Positions 28,804 through 39,538 are shown, counted from the stretch's first letter. The stretch is DNA of 64,000 bases from an uncultured Acidobacteriota bacterium (GCA_963741955.1 CAVUKB010000006.1:32001-96000); one strand, 5' to 3'. Translations and numbers: made by a program. The notes: generated by a model from the sequence alone, not told the origin.

Positions 28804-29594
28804 GTCGCGAGGCCGCCTCTCCGCTCGCAGGACGCACCATCTTCGTCACGCGCGCGAAGAGTCAGGCCAACGATCTCTGCACTCTTCTCGAAGAGAGCGG
28901 CGCGGAAGTGATCGAAGTTCCGACCATCGAGATCACTTCCCCCGATTCGTGGGAGAGTCTCGACCACGTCATCGACTCACTGGAGCGGTGGGGGTGGCTG
29001 ATCTTCACCTCGACGAACGGAGTCGATTTCTTCTTCCGTCGCTGCGCGGAGAAGGGTCGGATCCTCGACCCTTCTGCACGACCGCAGGTCGCCGCCGTCG
29101 GCGCGAGCACCGCGGAAAGACTCGGCGATCACGGGATCACTCCCGATGTCGTCCCGGAGAAGTTCCAGGCGTCGGAAGTCCTCCCGCTTCTCCCCGCCGA
29201 GCAGCACGGGGTGCGCACCGCGGTCGTCCGCGCGGAGAAGGGACGGGAAGAGCTCATCGAGGAGCTGCGGAACCGCGGTGGAGAGGTCCATCTCGCGGTG
29301 GCGTACCGCACCCGGACCGCTCCCGGGATCCGTTCACACTTCGCACCGGCTCTCGCGCAAGGAGCGATCGACGCGATCACGTTCACCAGCTCGTCGACGG
29401 CGGAAAAGCTGTTCGGCGCACTGGAGGAATCGGAACGGGAAGAGTTGCGTCGCAACGTCTGCCTCGCATCGATCGGACCGGTGACCACGGAGACGTTGCG
29501 GCGGCTCGGGGCACCGCCGGCTTGCGAAGCGGCGCGACCTTCGATGGAGGCGCTCCGCGACGCGCTGGTGGAGTACTTCAGGCTGCGGCCGTAG
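28800..29594 (+). CDS. hemD: Uroporphyrinogen-III synthase
   Basis: VTRA, FTSTNGV, AVG.ST, FTSSST, SIGPVT. Confidence 0.93.
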   Translation: MSREAASPLAGRTIFVTRAKSQANDLCTLLEESGAEVIEVPTIEITSPDSWESLDHVIDSLERWGWLIFTSTNGVDFFFRRCAEKGRILDPSARPQVAAVGASTAERLGDHGITPDVVPEKFQASEVLPLLPAEQHGVRTAVVRAEKGREELIEELRNRGGEVHLAVAYRTRTAPGIRSHFAPALAQGAIDAITFTSSSTAEKLFGALEESEREELRRNVCLASIGPVTTETLRRLGAPPACEAARPSMEALRDALVEYFRLRP

Positions 29595-29614
29595 GCGCGG
29601 TTCGCCGAGACGCC

Positions 29615-29854
29615 GGAGCGCGGACTTGCAGTCCGCAGCGAGGATCGTGTTCTTCGCCATGAAGACCGAACCTGCGGCCTCCGCGCCTGACCGCGGGGAG
29701 CTCGGGACGCAGAAGGCTTCTCATCTGGTGCCCGAGTACCGAAGATTGCGCAAGGGAAGTGACGAGCACGGGATGCTCGTCACAAGCCGGCAGAGATGCC
29801 GGCGCTCCAGCGCTCGTGCCACGGCCCGCGCGGCGGATTACAAATCCGCACTCC
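29615..29854. repeat. REP-like palindrome cluster (inverted pair plus variants)
   Basis: GGAGCGCGGACTTGCAGTCCGC at 29615 (+); GCGGATTACAAATCCGCACTCC at 29833 (-); variant GCCGGCAGAGATGCCGGCGCTCC at 29786; a further hairpin at 29760-29782. Confidence 0.65.
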
Positions 29855-29945
29855 ACTCGCGTCAGGCCGCCGCCGGAGGGCCAGTGACAGCGTTCCGCAC
29901 GCATCCCGTAGCGAAACGCCCGCACCTTGTCTACACTCCCTCAAG

Positions 29946-32900
29946 ATGAGCTCTCGCCCCCGCGATCCCGGCGACTTCTCGATCCGTGCAGCGAACGCCC
30001 TCCTCTGGGTCGGATCCTTCGCGTTCGCAGTGGCGATCTTTCTCTGCGCACGAAGGCTGCTGGTCTGGATCCCACTGACCGCTCCCGACGCCGTCGGCCG
30101 GGTCACCATCGAAGGCGCCTCGAAGATGCGCGACTACGTCACGGCTGCGCTCTTCTACCTCGTCGCAGGCATCGGGACTCCGCTCATCGCGATCGGCCTC
30201 CGCCGGCTGCACGATCGATCCCTCGGATTCGGGGGCACCGCCACCAGACGGTTCGAGGCACCTTCACTCGCTCTCTTCTCCGTTCCGTTTCTGATCTCCC
30301 CGTTCTTCTATCTCACCACGCGCAAGGAAGGATGGGCACTGCTGCTGCCGTTCGTCCTTTCGCTGGCCGCTCCGTGGTCGTTCCGGGCCTGGTCGCGTCG
30401 CCGCTGGATCCGGGAGCTGTTCCAGCCGGCGCTCTTCGCGGCGAACGGACTCCTGATCACCGAAGGGTTCGCCTGGATTCTCGCGCGCTACATCGGGATC
30501 GGAAAACGAATCGCGCACATCCCCACTCTTTTCCTGGAGATCGCATTCCTCCTCTTCTTCCTCGCTGCGTTCTGGTGTGCCGCGGTGCTGATCTGCAGGA
30601 TTGCTTCTCTCTCGAGCGGTCGCTCGGTCGACCGGCTTCTCCCGCGGTTCGCCATCGGCGCGACACCACTTCTCGCGCTTCCTCCGATGCTCCTCTCACT
30701 GCGCACCGGGAGCGGCGCGGTCGGGATCGTCGTCGGCATCACCGCGATCACCGTGGTACTCGCGCTCCGGAGCGAGATCGATCCGCGGCCCCGCACCCTC
30801 CGTCTCTGGACGGCGCTCGCCGCGGTACCGATGCTCCTGTTCGTGTTCAGTTTCGCCTCCACCGCGATGCTCTCGCGCTGGGTCGATCTGTTTCATCGAG
30901 GGGAGTCGCTGGGACCCGCTTCGGACTACCTGCGCGGAAAGATCCCTTACCGCGACGTCTTCGTGCTGCATGGAATGCTCGAGGACGGACTCCTCGACAG
31001 CTGGCTGATGAATCTCTTCGGCCGCGGATACGAAGTGGCCGCGATGCGGATGGAGATTCTCTCCGCTCTGGTTCTCCCCGCGTTCTGGTACCTCGGGCTG
31101 GCGCTGTTCCGCTCGATGCCGCTCGCCCTCGCCACCGTCGCGGTCGGAATGGTCACGTCGTCGGACAACCAGCGGGGACTCCTGGCGATCGTCGCGGTCA
31201 CACTTCTGGTGGTCGCGATCACGCGGAGGCGGCAGCTTCCGCTGGTTCTGAGCGGCGCGGTGGCCGGGGTGGCTCTCTTCGTCAGTCTGGAGATCGGGAT
31301 CTACTCCATCGCAGGAGGATTCGCGACGCTCGTCGTCCTGGCCTTCCTGGAGCGATACCAGCCCGCGCAGCCGAACGCGATCGCAGGCCGGCGGTCTCTC
31401 CTGACGTTCGGGGGAGGGGTGATTGCCGGAACTGCGCCTTTCCTCGTCTATCTCGCTGTTCGCGGCGCGATCGGCGCGTTCTTCGAAACTTCATTCCGCA
31501 CGGTTCCGTCGATCATCGATTCGGTATGGTCCCTCCCGTTCCCGGACCTGACGTCCGCCTTCGGTACAGACCTGACCCTCCGGTCGATCTCGGACTTCGT
31601 GCTCGGGTCGCAGATGCGCTTCGTCCTGAATCCGCTGGTGATCGGCATCGCGCTCGCGGTGGTCGCGGCGATGGTGTACTCGCGACGGGTGACCGACGAC
31701 ACCCGCACTCTTCTCGCCCTCGCGATCGTCGCCGGATTGACCCAGCGGAGTGCCCTGGGGCGTGCCGACTTCCCGCATCAGTATTTTTCCGCGTTCCTGA
31801 TCGCGCCGATTGCGGTCATTCTGGCCGTCCTTCTCGCACGCCGGGTCGTGCCGCTGTGGCACCTCGGCGCCGGATCGAGAACGGCCATCGTCGTCGCCGC
31901 GTGCGCTCTCCTTCCAGCCGCGGTCGTGGCGCTCTGGATTCCCGACCTCCTCAATGCAAAGCTCGACGACGTGATTCGCTATCGGCCGCGTGTGTCGCGC
32001 ATCGGCTTCAGTGACCCGGTCGGTGATGAAAGTGAAGAGCGCATACGGGCGCTTCGAAGCGCGATCGACAAGCTCGTGCCACCGGGCCATCCGATCTTCG
32101 ACTTTTCCAATCAGCCTGCGCTCTACTTCTTCGCCGATCGGCCCAACCCCACCCGCTTCTACCAGGTCCCGGTCCTCTCACCTCCCGCGTTTCAGGTCGA
32201 GGCGATCCGCGATCTGGAGATCTCGAAACCGCGCCTGGTGCTCCGGCGCTCTCCCGACGGATTCGATCGGTTCGACGGAGTGACCAACGATATGCGCGCG
32301 GCCGCACTCGCCCACTACCTCGATGAGCGCTACCAGTACCTGCGCAATGTGCGGGGTGTCGAGCTCTGGATCCGCAAACCCGGAGGCCGCCGGATCGAAT
32401 ACTCACACTTCGTGACGATCGCGAAGCGGATTCCGCCTCGAACGGTGGATCACGGCGATCAGGTCGTCTTTCCTGCCGTCGGAAGCGTTCGGGGCGCCGC
32501 TTCCTCGTATTGGAGATCCGATCTCCTGGTGGACAACCGCTCCGACCGGCCGGCGGCACTCCGCATGCGATATCTCTCCGCGGACGGGAACCGCGAAAGA
32601 AGAGTCATCGCCCCACCCGCGCGACTGCTGAGCATTCCCGACGTGGTCCGGAACCTCTTTGCCGCACCCGACAGCCGCGGAGCCCTCTGGGTGGAGTGCG
32701 ACGGCGACTGCCCACTGATGCGCATCCGCACGTGGGATACCACACATGCCGGCGCGGAGCCCGCGTACGAGCCCCCGCTCCAGGTCAGTCAGTCCGCCGA
32801 GGGAGGGAGCGATCACGACGAGCTGGTCATCATCGGCGCGGTCGGAACGCGCACCCGCAGGGTGAATGTCGGAGTCATCAACACCGGAATCCGGCCGTTG

Positions 32901-33146
32901 AAATACAGTGTCGCGCTGGTGGATCGCGACGGGAACGTGGTCGGAACGACGCTCCACTCCTCGGTCGACGAAGGCGGGACCGAGCTGTTCGTCGACGCTG
33001 CGAGCAGATTCGGAGTACCGGTGGACGGGTCCAAAGTCATCCGGATCCGGCTGGAATCGGGCCGCGCCCTCGCATATGCTGGAATCGTCGATGGACTGAC
33101 GGGCGACCAGAACTTCATCCCCGCAGTTCGCACAGGTGGCTCATGA
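29946..33146 (+). CDS. Large polytopic membrane protein (GT-C-like) with an extracytoplasmic C-terminal beta domain
   Basis: Many TMs; DLFHRGE...G.IPYRD.F..HG motif; PALYF...RPNPTRF; C-terminal PAVGSVRGAASSYWRSDL domain. Confidence 0.7.
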   Translation: MSSRPRDPGDFSIRAANALLWVGSFAFAVAIFLCARRLLVWIPLTAPDAVGRVTIEGASKMRDYVTAALFYLVAGIGTPLIAIGLRRLHDRSLGFGGTATRRFEAPSLALFSVPFLISPFFYLTTRKEGWALLLPFVLSLAAPWSFRAWSRRRWIRELFQPALFAANGLLITEGFAWILARYIGIGKRIAHIPTLFLEIAFLLFFLAAFWCAAVLICRIASLSSGRSVDRLLPRFAIGATPLLALPPMLLSLRTGSGAVGIVVGITAITVVLALRSEIDPRPRTLRLWTALAAVPMLLFVFSFASTAMLSRWVDLFHRGESLGPASDYLRGKIPYRDVFVLHGMLEDGLLDSWLMNLFGRGYEVAAMRMEILSALVLPAFWYLGLALFRSMPLALATVAVGMVTSSDNQRGLLAIVAVTLLVVAITRRRQLPLVLSGAVAGVALFVSLEIGIYSIAGGFATLVVLAFLERYQPAQPNAIAGRRSLLTFGGGVIAGTAPFLVYLAVRGAIGAFFETSFRTVPSIIDSVWSLPFPDLTSAFGTDLTLRSISDFVLGSQMRFVLNPLVIGIALAVVAAMVYSRRVTDDTRTLLALAIVAGLTQRSALGRADFPHQYFSAFLIAPIAVILAVLLARRVVPLWHLGAGSRTAIVVAACALLPAAVVALWIPDLLNAKLDDVIRYRPRVSRIGFSDPVGDESEERIRALRSAIDKLVPPGHPIFDFSNQPALYFFADRPNPTRFYQVPVLSPPAFQVEAIRDLEISKPRLVLRRSPDGFDRFDGVTNDMRAAALAHYLDERYQYLRNVRGVELWIRKPGGRRIEYSHFVTIAKRIPPRTVDHGDQVVFPAVGSVRGAASSYWRSDLLVDNRSDRPAALRMRYLSADGNRERRVIAPPARLLSIPDVVRNLFAAPDSRGALWVECDGDCPLMRIRTWDTTHAGAEPAYEPPLQVSQSAEGGSDHDELVIIGAVGTRTRRVNVGVINTGIRPLKYSVALVDRDGNVVGTTLHSSVDEGGTELFVDAASRFGVPVDGSKVIRIRLESGRALAYAGIVDGLTGDQNFIPAVRTGGS

Positions 33147-33823
33147 GACGGGTCGACGTTCCAGCAAAGTGGTCACGAAAGCTCTGCGTCGTCACGGACT
33201 TCCGTCCCGACGACTCGAGTCGTTACTTCTCCTCGCGGGAGATCGGAGCACTCGCGAAGTTCCGCACCGCGAAACGGAGAGAAGAGTGGGCGCTCAGCCG
33301 TATCGCGGCGAAGCTTCTCGCCATCGACCGGCATCTCTGCAGCGATCCGAAAGAGTGCAGCGTCGTCTCGACGGAAGAAGGGCCCCGCCTCATGATCCGC
33401 AATCAGGAGTCTTCCTGGAATCTTTCCATCTCCCATTCGCACGGGCTCGGCGCTGCAGCGCTCGACGCGATGGGGATCGGGGTCGATCTGGAGAAAGTGC
33501 GGGATCTCGACGAGAAAGCGTTCAAGTTCTTCCTCGTTCCATCCGAGATCCGGTTGATGAAGGCTCTCCCGCTCGAGCACGCGTCGATTCATTTCTGGTG
33601 CTGCAAGGAAGCGGCATGGAAGACCCAGAGCCAGGAGCTGACGCTTCGCAAGATCTCGGTCGAGCTGATGGACGAACACCGGGACCGCCTGGTGCTGAAG
33701 TACCGGGCGGCCCCGTCGGGCGTCGTGGAGTCGTTCTCGCTCGATGCGAATTACGTCGGCGCAATCGCCGAGCCGACGTGGGACAGTGAGGAGTTCCGGA
33801 TTCCACCTCTGGAGACGGAGTAG
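33143..33823 (+). CDS. 4'-phosphopantetheinyl transferase (Sfp-like)
   Basis: KRREEW...R.AAK, LSISHS, IGVDLE, WCCKEAAWK. Confidence 0.9.
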   Translation: MRRVDVPAKWSRKLCVVTDFRPDDSSRYFSSREIGALAKFRTAKRREEWALSRIAAKLLAIDRHLCSDPKECSVVSTEEGPRLMIRNQESSWNLSISHSHGLGAAALDAMGIGVDLEKVRDLDEKAFKFFLVPSEIRLMKALPLEHASIHFWCCKEAAWKTQSQELTLRKISVELMDEHRDRLVLKYRAAPSGVVESFSLDANYVGAIAEPTWDSEEFRIPPLETE

Positions 33824-33826
33824 CCC

Positions 33827-34684
33827 CTATTTCACTCCCCAGTCGTTCATGAGCTTCCTCGCGTCCTGCTGCGCGGATGCGTCTTCGACCGCGTACTCGG
33901 GATCGTTCGGCGACGCGATCACGTGCCGGAGAATCTCCACCGCCTTCGGCTTCGTCGAGCGGTCATTCGCAACCATCGCTTCGGCCAGAAAGACGTTGGT
34001 GAGCTTGTTGGTGGGATCCTGTTTCACCGACTCCTGGAGGAGCTTGACCGCCTCGGCGTCGGACGCCCATCCGGTCAGGAACGGGACGTGAGGTGTCTGG
34101 TTGTGCAGCCGTCCGAGAATCCGCGCTCCCCCGCCGCGTTCCATGGCCGGATCGGCCAGCATGACGATGGTCGACTCTCGACGGATCCGGTCGGCCGCTC
34201 CCTGCCGCACCGCGGCGAATTTACCGTACACCAGCGCCCACTCACCCCAGAGCGCGGCATCCCAGTAGTAGACCTCTCCCGCTCCGGGGATCGTCTTCAC
34301 CACCGGTGCGATCTGCTTCGGCGACGCGTTTGCGGGGTTCTTCACTCCCTTCGCCGCGAGAAGCTTCTCCACCACTCCCACCGATTCCTCGCCCAGCTTC
34401 TTTCCTTCGGCGAAGAGCTCCTTCTTCTGATCCTGATTGGTCAGGACGTAGGAGCCTTTGAAACGAATGGCACGCATCAGTTTCCACCGCGCCTCGAGAT
34501 CGGTCGGGTTCTGAGCCACGGCGGTTCGATACGCGGCGATCGCCGCATCGATCGGCGCAGCCTGAGCGAGGCCCGCCTGATGTCCTTCGGCACGCCCGAG
34601 CCAGTGCTGATCCCCTTCGGCGATCTGCGCGAACGCGGACGCCGCGAAACAAACCAGAAATAGTGCGAGAGAGAATCTCTTCAT
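33827..34684 (-). CDS. Secreted TPR-like helical protein
   Basis: Signal peptide MKRFSLALFL...AFA; helical repeats; GGARILGRL...P.VPFL; GGAGG RBS. Confidence 0.75.
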   Translation of the reverse strand: MKRFSLALFLVCFAASAFAQIAEGDQHWLGRAEGHQAGLAQAAPIDAAIAAYRTAVAQNPTDLEARWKLMRAIRFKGSYVLTNQDQKKELFAEGKKLGEESVGVVEKLLAAKGVKNPANASPKQIAPVVKTIPGAGEVYYWDAALWGEWALVYGKFAAVRQGAADRIRRESTIVMLADPAMERGGGARILGRLHNQTPHVPFLTGWASDAEAVKLLQESVKQDPTNKLTNVFLAEAMVANDRSTKPKAVEILRHVIASPNDPEYAVEDASAQQDARKLMNDWGVK

Positions 34685-34831
34685 GTTTCCTCCAGGAAAA
34701 ACGTCGACGCCATCCTTCAGTTCTATCTGTGTCTCACCGGTTGAAGAGCTCCCGATGTCCGGGAACCGCCAAACCGAAACCGGCCCGTGAGAACCCGAAT
34801 ACAATAGCAGTTCCGCACGAAGGGAGCCCAC

Positions 34832-35299
34832 GTGACGAGACTGCAGATCGAGACTCAGATCAAAGCTCCCATCGAGCTCTGTTTCGACCTGGCGCGGGAC
34901 GTCGAAGCCCACACCGAGTCCGCTGCTTTCTCTTCGGAACGTCTGGTGGAGCCCGGAAGATTGCAGGGGCTCCTCGAGGAGGGCGATCTGATCGCCTTCG
35001 AAGGAGTGCATTTCGGGTTCCGGCAGCGGTTCGTCGCGAGAATCGTGGAGATGCGCCGTCCGGTCGTCTTCGTGGACGAAATGGTGCACGGGGCGTTCAG
35101 GACCATGCGTCACATCCACGCGTTCGAGCGGAGCGGCGAAGGGACGCTGATGCGCGACACGCTCGAATGGGAAGCTCCGCTCGGATTTCTCGGCAGGCTC
35201 GCCGACCACCTCTTCCTCCGCCGCCACCTGGAGTCGTTCGTGCGACGCAAGCAGGACGCGCTCCGCCGCCTGGCCGAGAAGGAGGTACAGAACTTCTGA
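34832..35299 (+). CDS. SRPBCC-family protein
   Basis: I.APIELCFDLAR, HFG, FVDEMVHGAF...H.H.F, APLG.LG. Confidence 0.88.
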   Translation: MTRLQIETQIKAPIELCFDLARDVEAHTESAAFSSERLVEPGRLQGLLEEGDLIAFEGVHFGFRQRFVARIVEMRRPVVFVDEMVHGAFRTMRHIHAFERSGEGTLMRDTLEWEAPLGFLGRLADHLFLRRHLESFVRRKQDALRRLAEKEVQNF

Positions 35300-35440
35300 C
35301 TTCTGGTTACCCCGGACTATTCATGGGACTTCTGCTGCGGAGCGCGATCCGGGCTGGAATCTCGGATGTGCCGAACCACGACGGGAAGGAATCCGGAGCT
35401 GGAATCTACCCAGCCGGATTCATGTATTCTGATCTTGATC

Positions 35441-38254
35441 GTGACGCGCGTCTGTCGAGCCGCCCTCGTCCTCGTTTCGCTCCTTTCCTGCGCCGCTCCC
35501 GCAGTGGCTCTCGATCCGTCCCGGAGGATCGACCTCTACGCGCTCGACGTCTGGCGTGAAGGACTGCCCCAATACACGGTACAGGCCATCGATCAGGGGC
35601 CGCAGGGGTACCTCTGGCTCGGGACGTTCGAGGGGCTGGTCCGCTTCGACGGCATCCGCTTCGACGTGTTCGACGAGACGACCGTCCCGTCGATCGAGAA
35701 CTGGCAGGTGCGTGCGATCTGTCACGATCGGAACGGCATCCTCTGGGTCGGGACCGGACGCGGCCTCGTCTCCCGCCACAACGGAATCTTCTCGTTGTTT
35801 CCAGGCCCACTTCAGACCGATACGATCACGTCACTTCTTCCCGCGAAGGATGGTTCGTTGTGGGTGGGAACGGACCGGGGGATCTTCCGGATACGCGACG
35901 GTGTCGCGGAGACGCTCGACGGACTTCCGGATCGTGTCGTCGCCGCCATCGCAGAAGAGCGGGACGGGACGATCGTCGCCGGGACCGAAGGAGGAATTGC
36001 GCGCTTCGACGGGAAGAGGTTCAGGGAGGTCGCGCTGGACGCGCTGCCGGACCGCACCCGCATCACGGCACTGATGGTCGCACGCGACGGGGCGCTCTGG
36101 GTCGGGACGTTCGCCGACGGACTTCTCCGGATCAAGGGTGACCGCGAGGAGCGCTTCGCCGGCCAGTCGTGGGTCACCACCATCCTCGAGGATCGCGACC
36201 ACAGCATCTGGTTCGGAACCCAGCCTGGCGGCCTCTCCCGCATCTCCAACGGGCGAACGCAGTTCCTCGGGCGTGAGCGCGGCCTTCCGAACGATTCCGT
36301 GCGACGAATTTTCGAGGATCGCGAAGGAAGTCTCTGGGTCGGAACGAATGCCGGTCTGGCGCGGCTCAAGGACCTCAAGTTCGTGAACTGGTCGAGGCGC
36401 AACGGGCTCTCCGAAGACAACATCCGAGTGGTCACCGAGACCGACGATGGCTCGATGTGGATCGGGACGACCGGCGGCGGTGTCGACCGGATCCTCGACG
36501 ACAAAGTATCCACGTTCCTCGAACCGGGCCCCTTCGTCCGGACCCTCGCGGCGACCGGCGACGGGATCTGGGTCGGCTCGGCCGACGGACTCGCTCGCAT
36601 CGGCTTCGACGGACGCGTGAAGAAGATCGAGGCCTTCGCCGGAAAGAAGATCAATGCGCTCGCCGTCCGGCGTGATGGCTCTCTCCTGGTCGCGGACGAT
36701 TCTCGGGGACTCGTTTCATTGCGCGACGGAAGGGAGAAGGTGCTCGCACCCGGCGCGCCGGTGCGTGTTCTCCTGGAGGATCGGGGTGGTCACGTCTGGG
36801 CCGGCACGCCGAACCAGGGCCTGTTCGAGCTGGTTGACGGAGCGCTGATCCGGCGGTGGAACGCATCCTCCGCGATCTACGCGATTCAGGAGGAGCCCGA
36901 CGGCAGCCTCTGGATGGGAACGCGCAAAGGGCTTGCGCGGTATCGCGACGGGGAGGTGGACGAGATCCGCAGCCTCGGTCCCATCTTCCAGTTGATCGAC
37001 GATGGGATCGGAGGTCTCTGGCTCACCTCCTCGCACGGACTGCGCCGCGTCGATCGCGCCGCCGTGGAAGCCGCGCTCGACGGGCGCAACCGTCAACTTC
37101 AGACTCGCACATTCAGCCGCGCCGACGGAATGGGGAGCGAGCAGTGCAACGGCAACTCGCAACCTGCGGGCATCCGCCTCCGTGACGGGAATCTGGCCAT
37201 CCCGACTGCGGGAGGATTGACCATCGTCGATCCGCGTCACCTCCACTTCAATTCCGTTCCTCCGCCGGTGGTACTCACGAAAGTCGTCGCAGATGGCCGG
37301 AACGTCACCGGGCGGAACGGCCTCACGCTGCCGTGGAACAGCAGCCGCGTCGAATTCCACTTCGACGGACTCAGTCTTCTCCAGCCGGCGATGGTGAATT
37401 TTCGATACCGTCTCGACGGGTTCGACCGGGAGTGGATCGAGTCCGACGGCCGGCGCGTGGCGATGTACAACTCACTTCCACCCGGACCCCACGTCTTTCG
37501 CGTGATCGCCCTGAACAACGACGGGGTACCGAGTACGGAGGAAGCCACTTTCGGTTTCGACCTTCCGAAGCCGCCGTGGCTTCGATGGTGGGCGCTCGTC
37601 GCATATGCGCTACTCGCCACGCTTCTGGTTCTGGCCGTAATACGGCTCCGGGAGCGCGCGCTCCACAATCGCAATCGGATTCTCGAAGAGAAGGTTCAGG
37701 AGCGCACCGCGGCGCTCGATCTCGCGAACCAGCAGCTGGCGCAACTCTCGATCACCGATTCGCTGACGCAGGTGGCGAATCGTCGACGATTCGACCAGAT
37801 GCTGGATCTGGAGTGGAGCCGCGCGAGACGCGCCGCCGCACCACTGTCGCTTCTCGTGATCGATATCGACGAGTTCAAGGCGTACAACGACACGTACGGG
37901 CACCTCGCGGGTGACGACTGCCTGAAAGAAGTGGCTGCGGCGATGAGGGGCGTATTGAGCCGCTCGAGCGATCTCGTCGCCCGCTGGGGCGGAGACGAAT
38001 TCGTGGTCCTCCTTCCGGGCTCGACTGAAGTGGAAGCCACGTTGAATGCGGAACGGATCCGGACCGCCGTCCAGCAGCTCGCGCTCACCCATCCGCACAC
38101 CTCGATCGGAGGCATCGTCAGAGTGTCCGTCGGCGTCGCGACGATGGTACCGGTCGAAGGAACGTCTCCCGAGGATCTGATCCGCGCCGCGGATGCAGCG
38201 CTCTACCGCACCAAGCGCACCGAGAGCGTTTTTTCGCAGCTCTCCGAATCGTGA
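35441..38254 (+). CDS. Diguanylate cyclase with periplasmic beta-propeller and Y_Y_Y sensor
   Basis: Repeated D.DG.LW.GT units, Y_Y_Y domain, one TM, then RSSD I-site and RWGGDEF. Start uncertain (35366 or 35441). Confidence 0.92.
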   Translation: MTRVCRAALVLVSLLSCAAPAVALDPSRRIDLYALDVWREGLPQYTVQAIDQGPQGYLWLGTFEGLVRFDGIRFDVFDETTVPSIENWQVRAICHDRNGILWVGTGRGLVSRHNGIFSLFPGPLQTDTITSLLPAKDGSLWVGTDRGIFRIRDGVAETLDGLPDRVVAAIAEERDGTIVAGTEGGIARFDGKRFREVALDALPDRTRITALMVARDGALWVGTFADGLLRIKGDREERFAGQSWVTTILEDRDHSIWFGTQPGGLSRISNGRTQFLGRERGLPNDSVRRIFEDREGSLWVGTNAGLARLKDLKFVNWSRRNGLSEDNIRVVTETDDGSMWIGTTGGGVDRILDDKVSTFLEPGPFVRTLAATGDGIWVGSADGLARIGFDGRVKKIEAFAGKKINALAVRRDGSLLVADDSRGLVSLRDGREKVLAPGAPVRVLLEDRGGHVWAGTPNQGLFELVDGALIRRWNASSAIYAIQEEPDGSLWMGTRKGLARYRDGEVDEIRSLGPIFQLIDDGIGGLWLTSSHGLRRVDRAAVEAALDGRNRQLQTRTFSRADGMGSEQCNGNSQPAGIRLRDGNLAIPTAGGLTIVDPRHLHFNSVPPPVVLTKVVADGRNVTGRNGLTLPWNSSRVEFHFDGLSLLQPAMVNFRYRLDGFDREWIESDGRRVAMYNSLPPGPHVFRVIALNNDGVPSTEEATFGFDLPKPPWLRWWALVAYALLATLLVLAVIRLRERALHNRNRILEEKVQERTAALDLANQQLAQLSITDSLTQVANRRRFDQMLDLEWSRARRAAAPLSLLVIDIDEFKAYNDTYGHLAGDDCLKEVAAAMRGVLSRSSDLVARWGGDEFVVLLPGSTEVEATLNAERIRTAVQQLALTHPHTSIGGIVRVSVGVATMVPVEGTSPEDLIRAADAALYRTKRTESVFSQLSES

Positions 38255-38382
38255 GCCGGCCGGCTTCGCTCAATGCTCGGTCGGACCGACGCTGATCGCA
38301 CCTGCTCCGATCAGAGGAAGCCGCAGATCTGCAGCGCCGCTGCGTGCTTTGCGATGCTGCCGTTCTCCTTCGCCGATACGCC

Positions 38383-39537
38383 TCACGCCTGAGGCGCCGG
38401 TTGACGCCCCTCGGACCGTCCCGCCGTCCGCTCGACCTCCGGGGATCCCGTTCCGCGGAGAAGCATCCCCATCCAGATCGCAACGGCGACACCACCGAGG
38501 AGCAGGAGGACGAAGAGTGAGATCACGCCCCATTGCGGCTCGACGAAACCGGTGATCTGGAATCCTGCTGCCTCGAGCATCCCTTCCCTCACCTGATCCC
38601 TCGCGAGGAGCATCAGCACCAGAGTCACGACGACGAGAGGAATCGAAGTCTTCAGCATCCACGCCGGTCGATCCGAGCGACGCACTCCGAGGACGAATGC
38701 GAGAGACGCAAGCCCGGTCATCACCCCGAGTGCAAGTACCACCGTTCCCGCGACGCTTCCTCCCATGAATCGCTTCATCAGCGGCAGCGGAAGCCGGGAC
38801 ATCCACCAGAAGCCGGCAACCATCGCGAGAACCGTCGCCACCGAAAACCAGGCAGCGCCCTTGCGCATCAGTCCTATGCCCGTCGCCTCCTCCTTTCCTC
38901 GGATGGCAAGTCCATAGATCGCAATCACGAGTCCGGCGACGGCAACCGCCCCGAACAGCATGTGGAGAAACCGCGGCAGGAAAGTCGGGTCACTCGTGTT
39001 CAATGTGAGGCCTCGTGCGTCCGCGAGATGCCCGGCATGCACCACGTCCGGCCGCAGCATCAGGCTCATGTTGTTGCTGTAGACGAACGCGATTGCGAGG
39101 AAGAGGAGCGAGACCACGACTGCGATCGCCGCGGGCGTCTTCGTCGTCGTCTTCTTTCGGAACGCGATGAGATACGTGCCGTAGTACGCACAGATGAGAA
39201 TCGGGACCACCGCGAACCAGAACCATGCGATCTGCACGGACGAGGGAAAGAAGATCCGACCGTACAGCGTCTGCAGGAAGAGGAGGGGAGCGACGCCGAA
39301 CGTCACCGCTGCGGCAACCATGGTCGGCATCAGTTTCCCCATCCACGCGGTCAGCTCGCGAGACCCTTCAGCGCCGCGCAGCCTTTCGACCGCCGCGATC
39401 AGTGATCCCCCCAGGACGAAATTCATCGCCACGACGTGGAAAAAGAACGTGAGGATCAGAAGTGTGTGCAGCAGCCACGGCGGCGCCGGCAACGCCAGCG
39501 GATCGGCCGCGGGAATCACTGCGAGAAACGTGTCCAT
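38383..39537 (-). CDS. Polytopic membrane partner subunit of the bd-like oxidase
   Basis: About 9-10 TMs with His-containing motifs (HVVAMN, RFLH); starts 1 nt after the upstream cydA-like gene. Confidence 0.7.
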   Translation of the reverse strand: MDTFLAVIPAADPLALPAPPWLLHTLLILTFFFHVVAMNFVLGGSLIAAVERLRGAEGSRELTAWMGKLMPTMVAAAVTFGVAPLLFLQTLYGRIFFPSSVQIAWFWFAVVPILICAYYGTYLIAFRKKTTTKTPAAIAVVVSLLFLAIAFVYSNNMSLMLRPDVVHAGHLADARGLTLNTSDPTFLPRFLHMLFGAVAVAGLVIAIYGLAIRGKEEATGIGLMRKGAAWFSVATVLAMVAGFWWMSRLPLPLMKRFMGGSVAGTVVLALGVMTGLASLAFVLGVRRSDRPAWMLKTSIPLVVVTLVLMLLARDQVREGMLEAAGFQITGFVEPQWGVISLFVLLLLGGVAVAIWMGMLLRGTGSPEVERTAGRSEGRQPAPQA

Positions 39538-39538
39538 G

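Noticed and set aside
29927-32014. 695-aa alternative-frame ORF and similar Arg/Pro-rich overlapping ORFs throughout
   Set aside because: These are expected stop-poor off-frames in high-GC genes and show no recognisable motifs.
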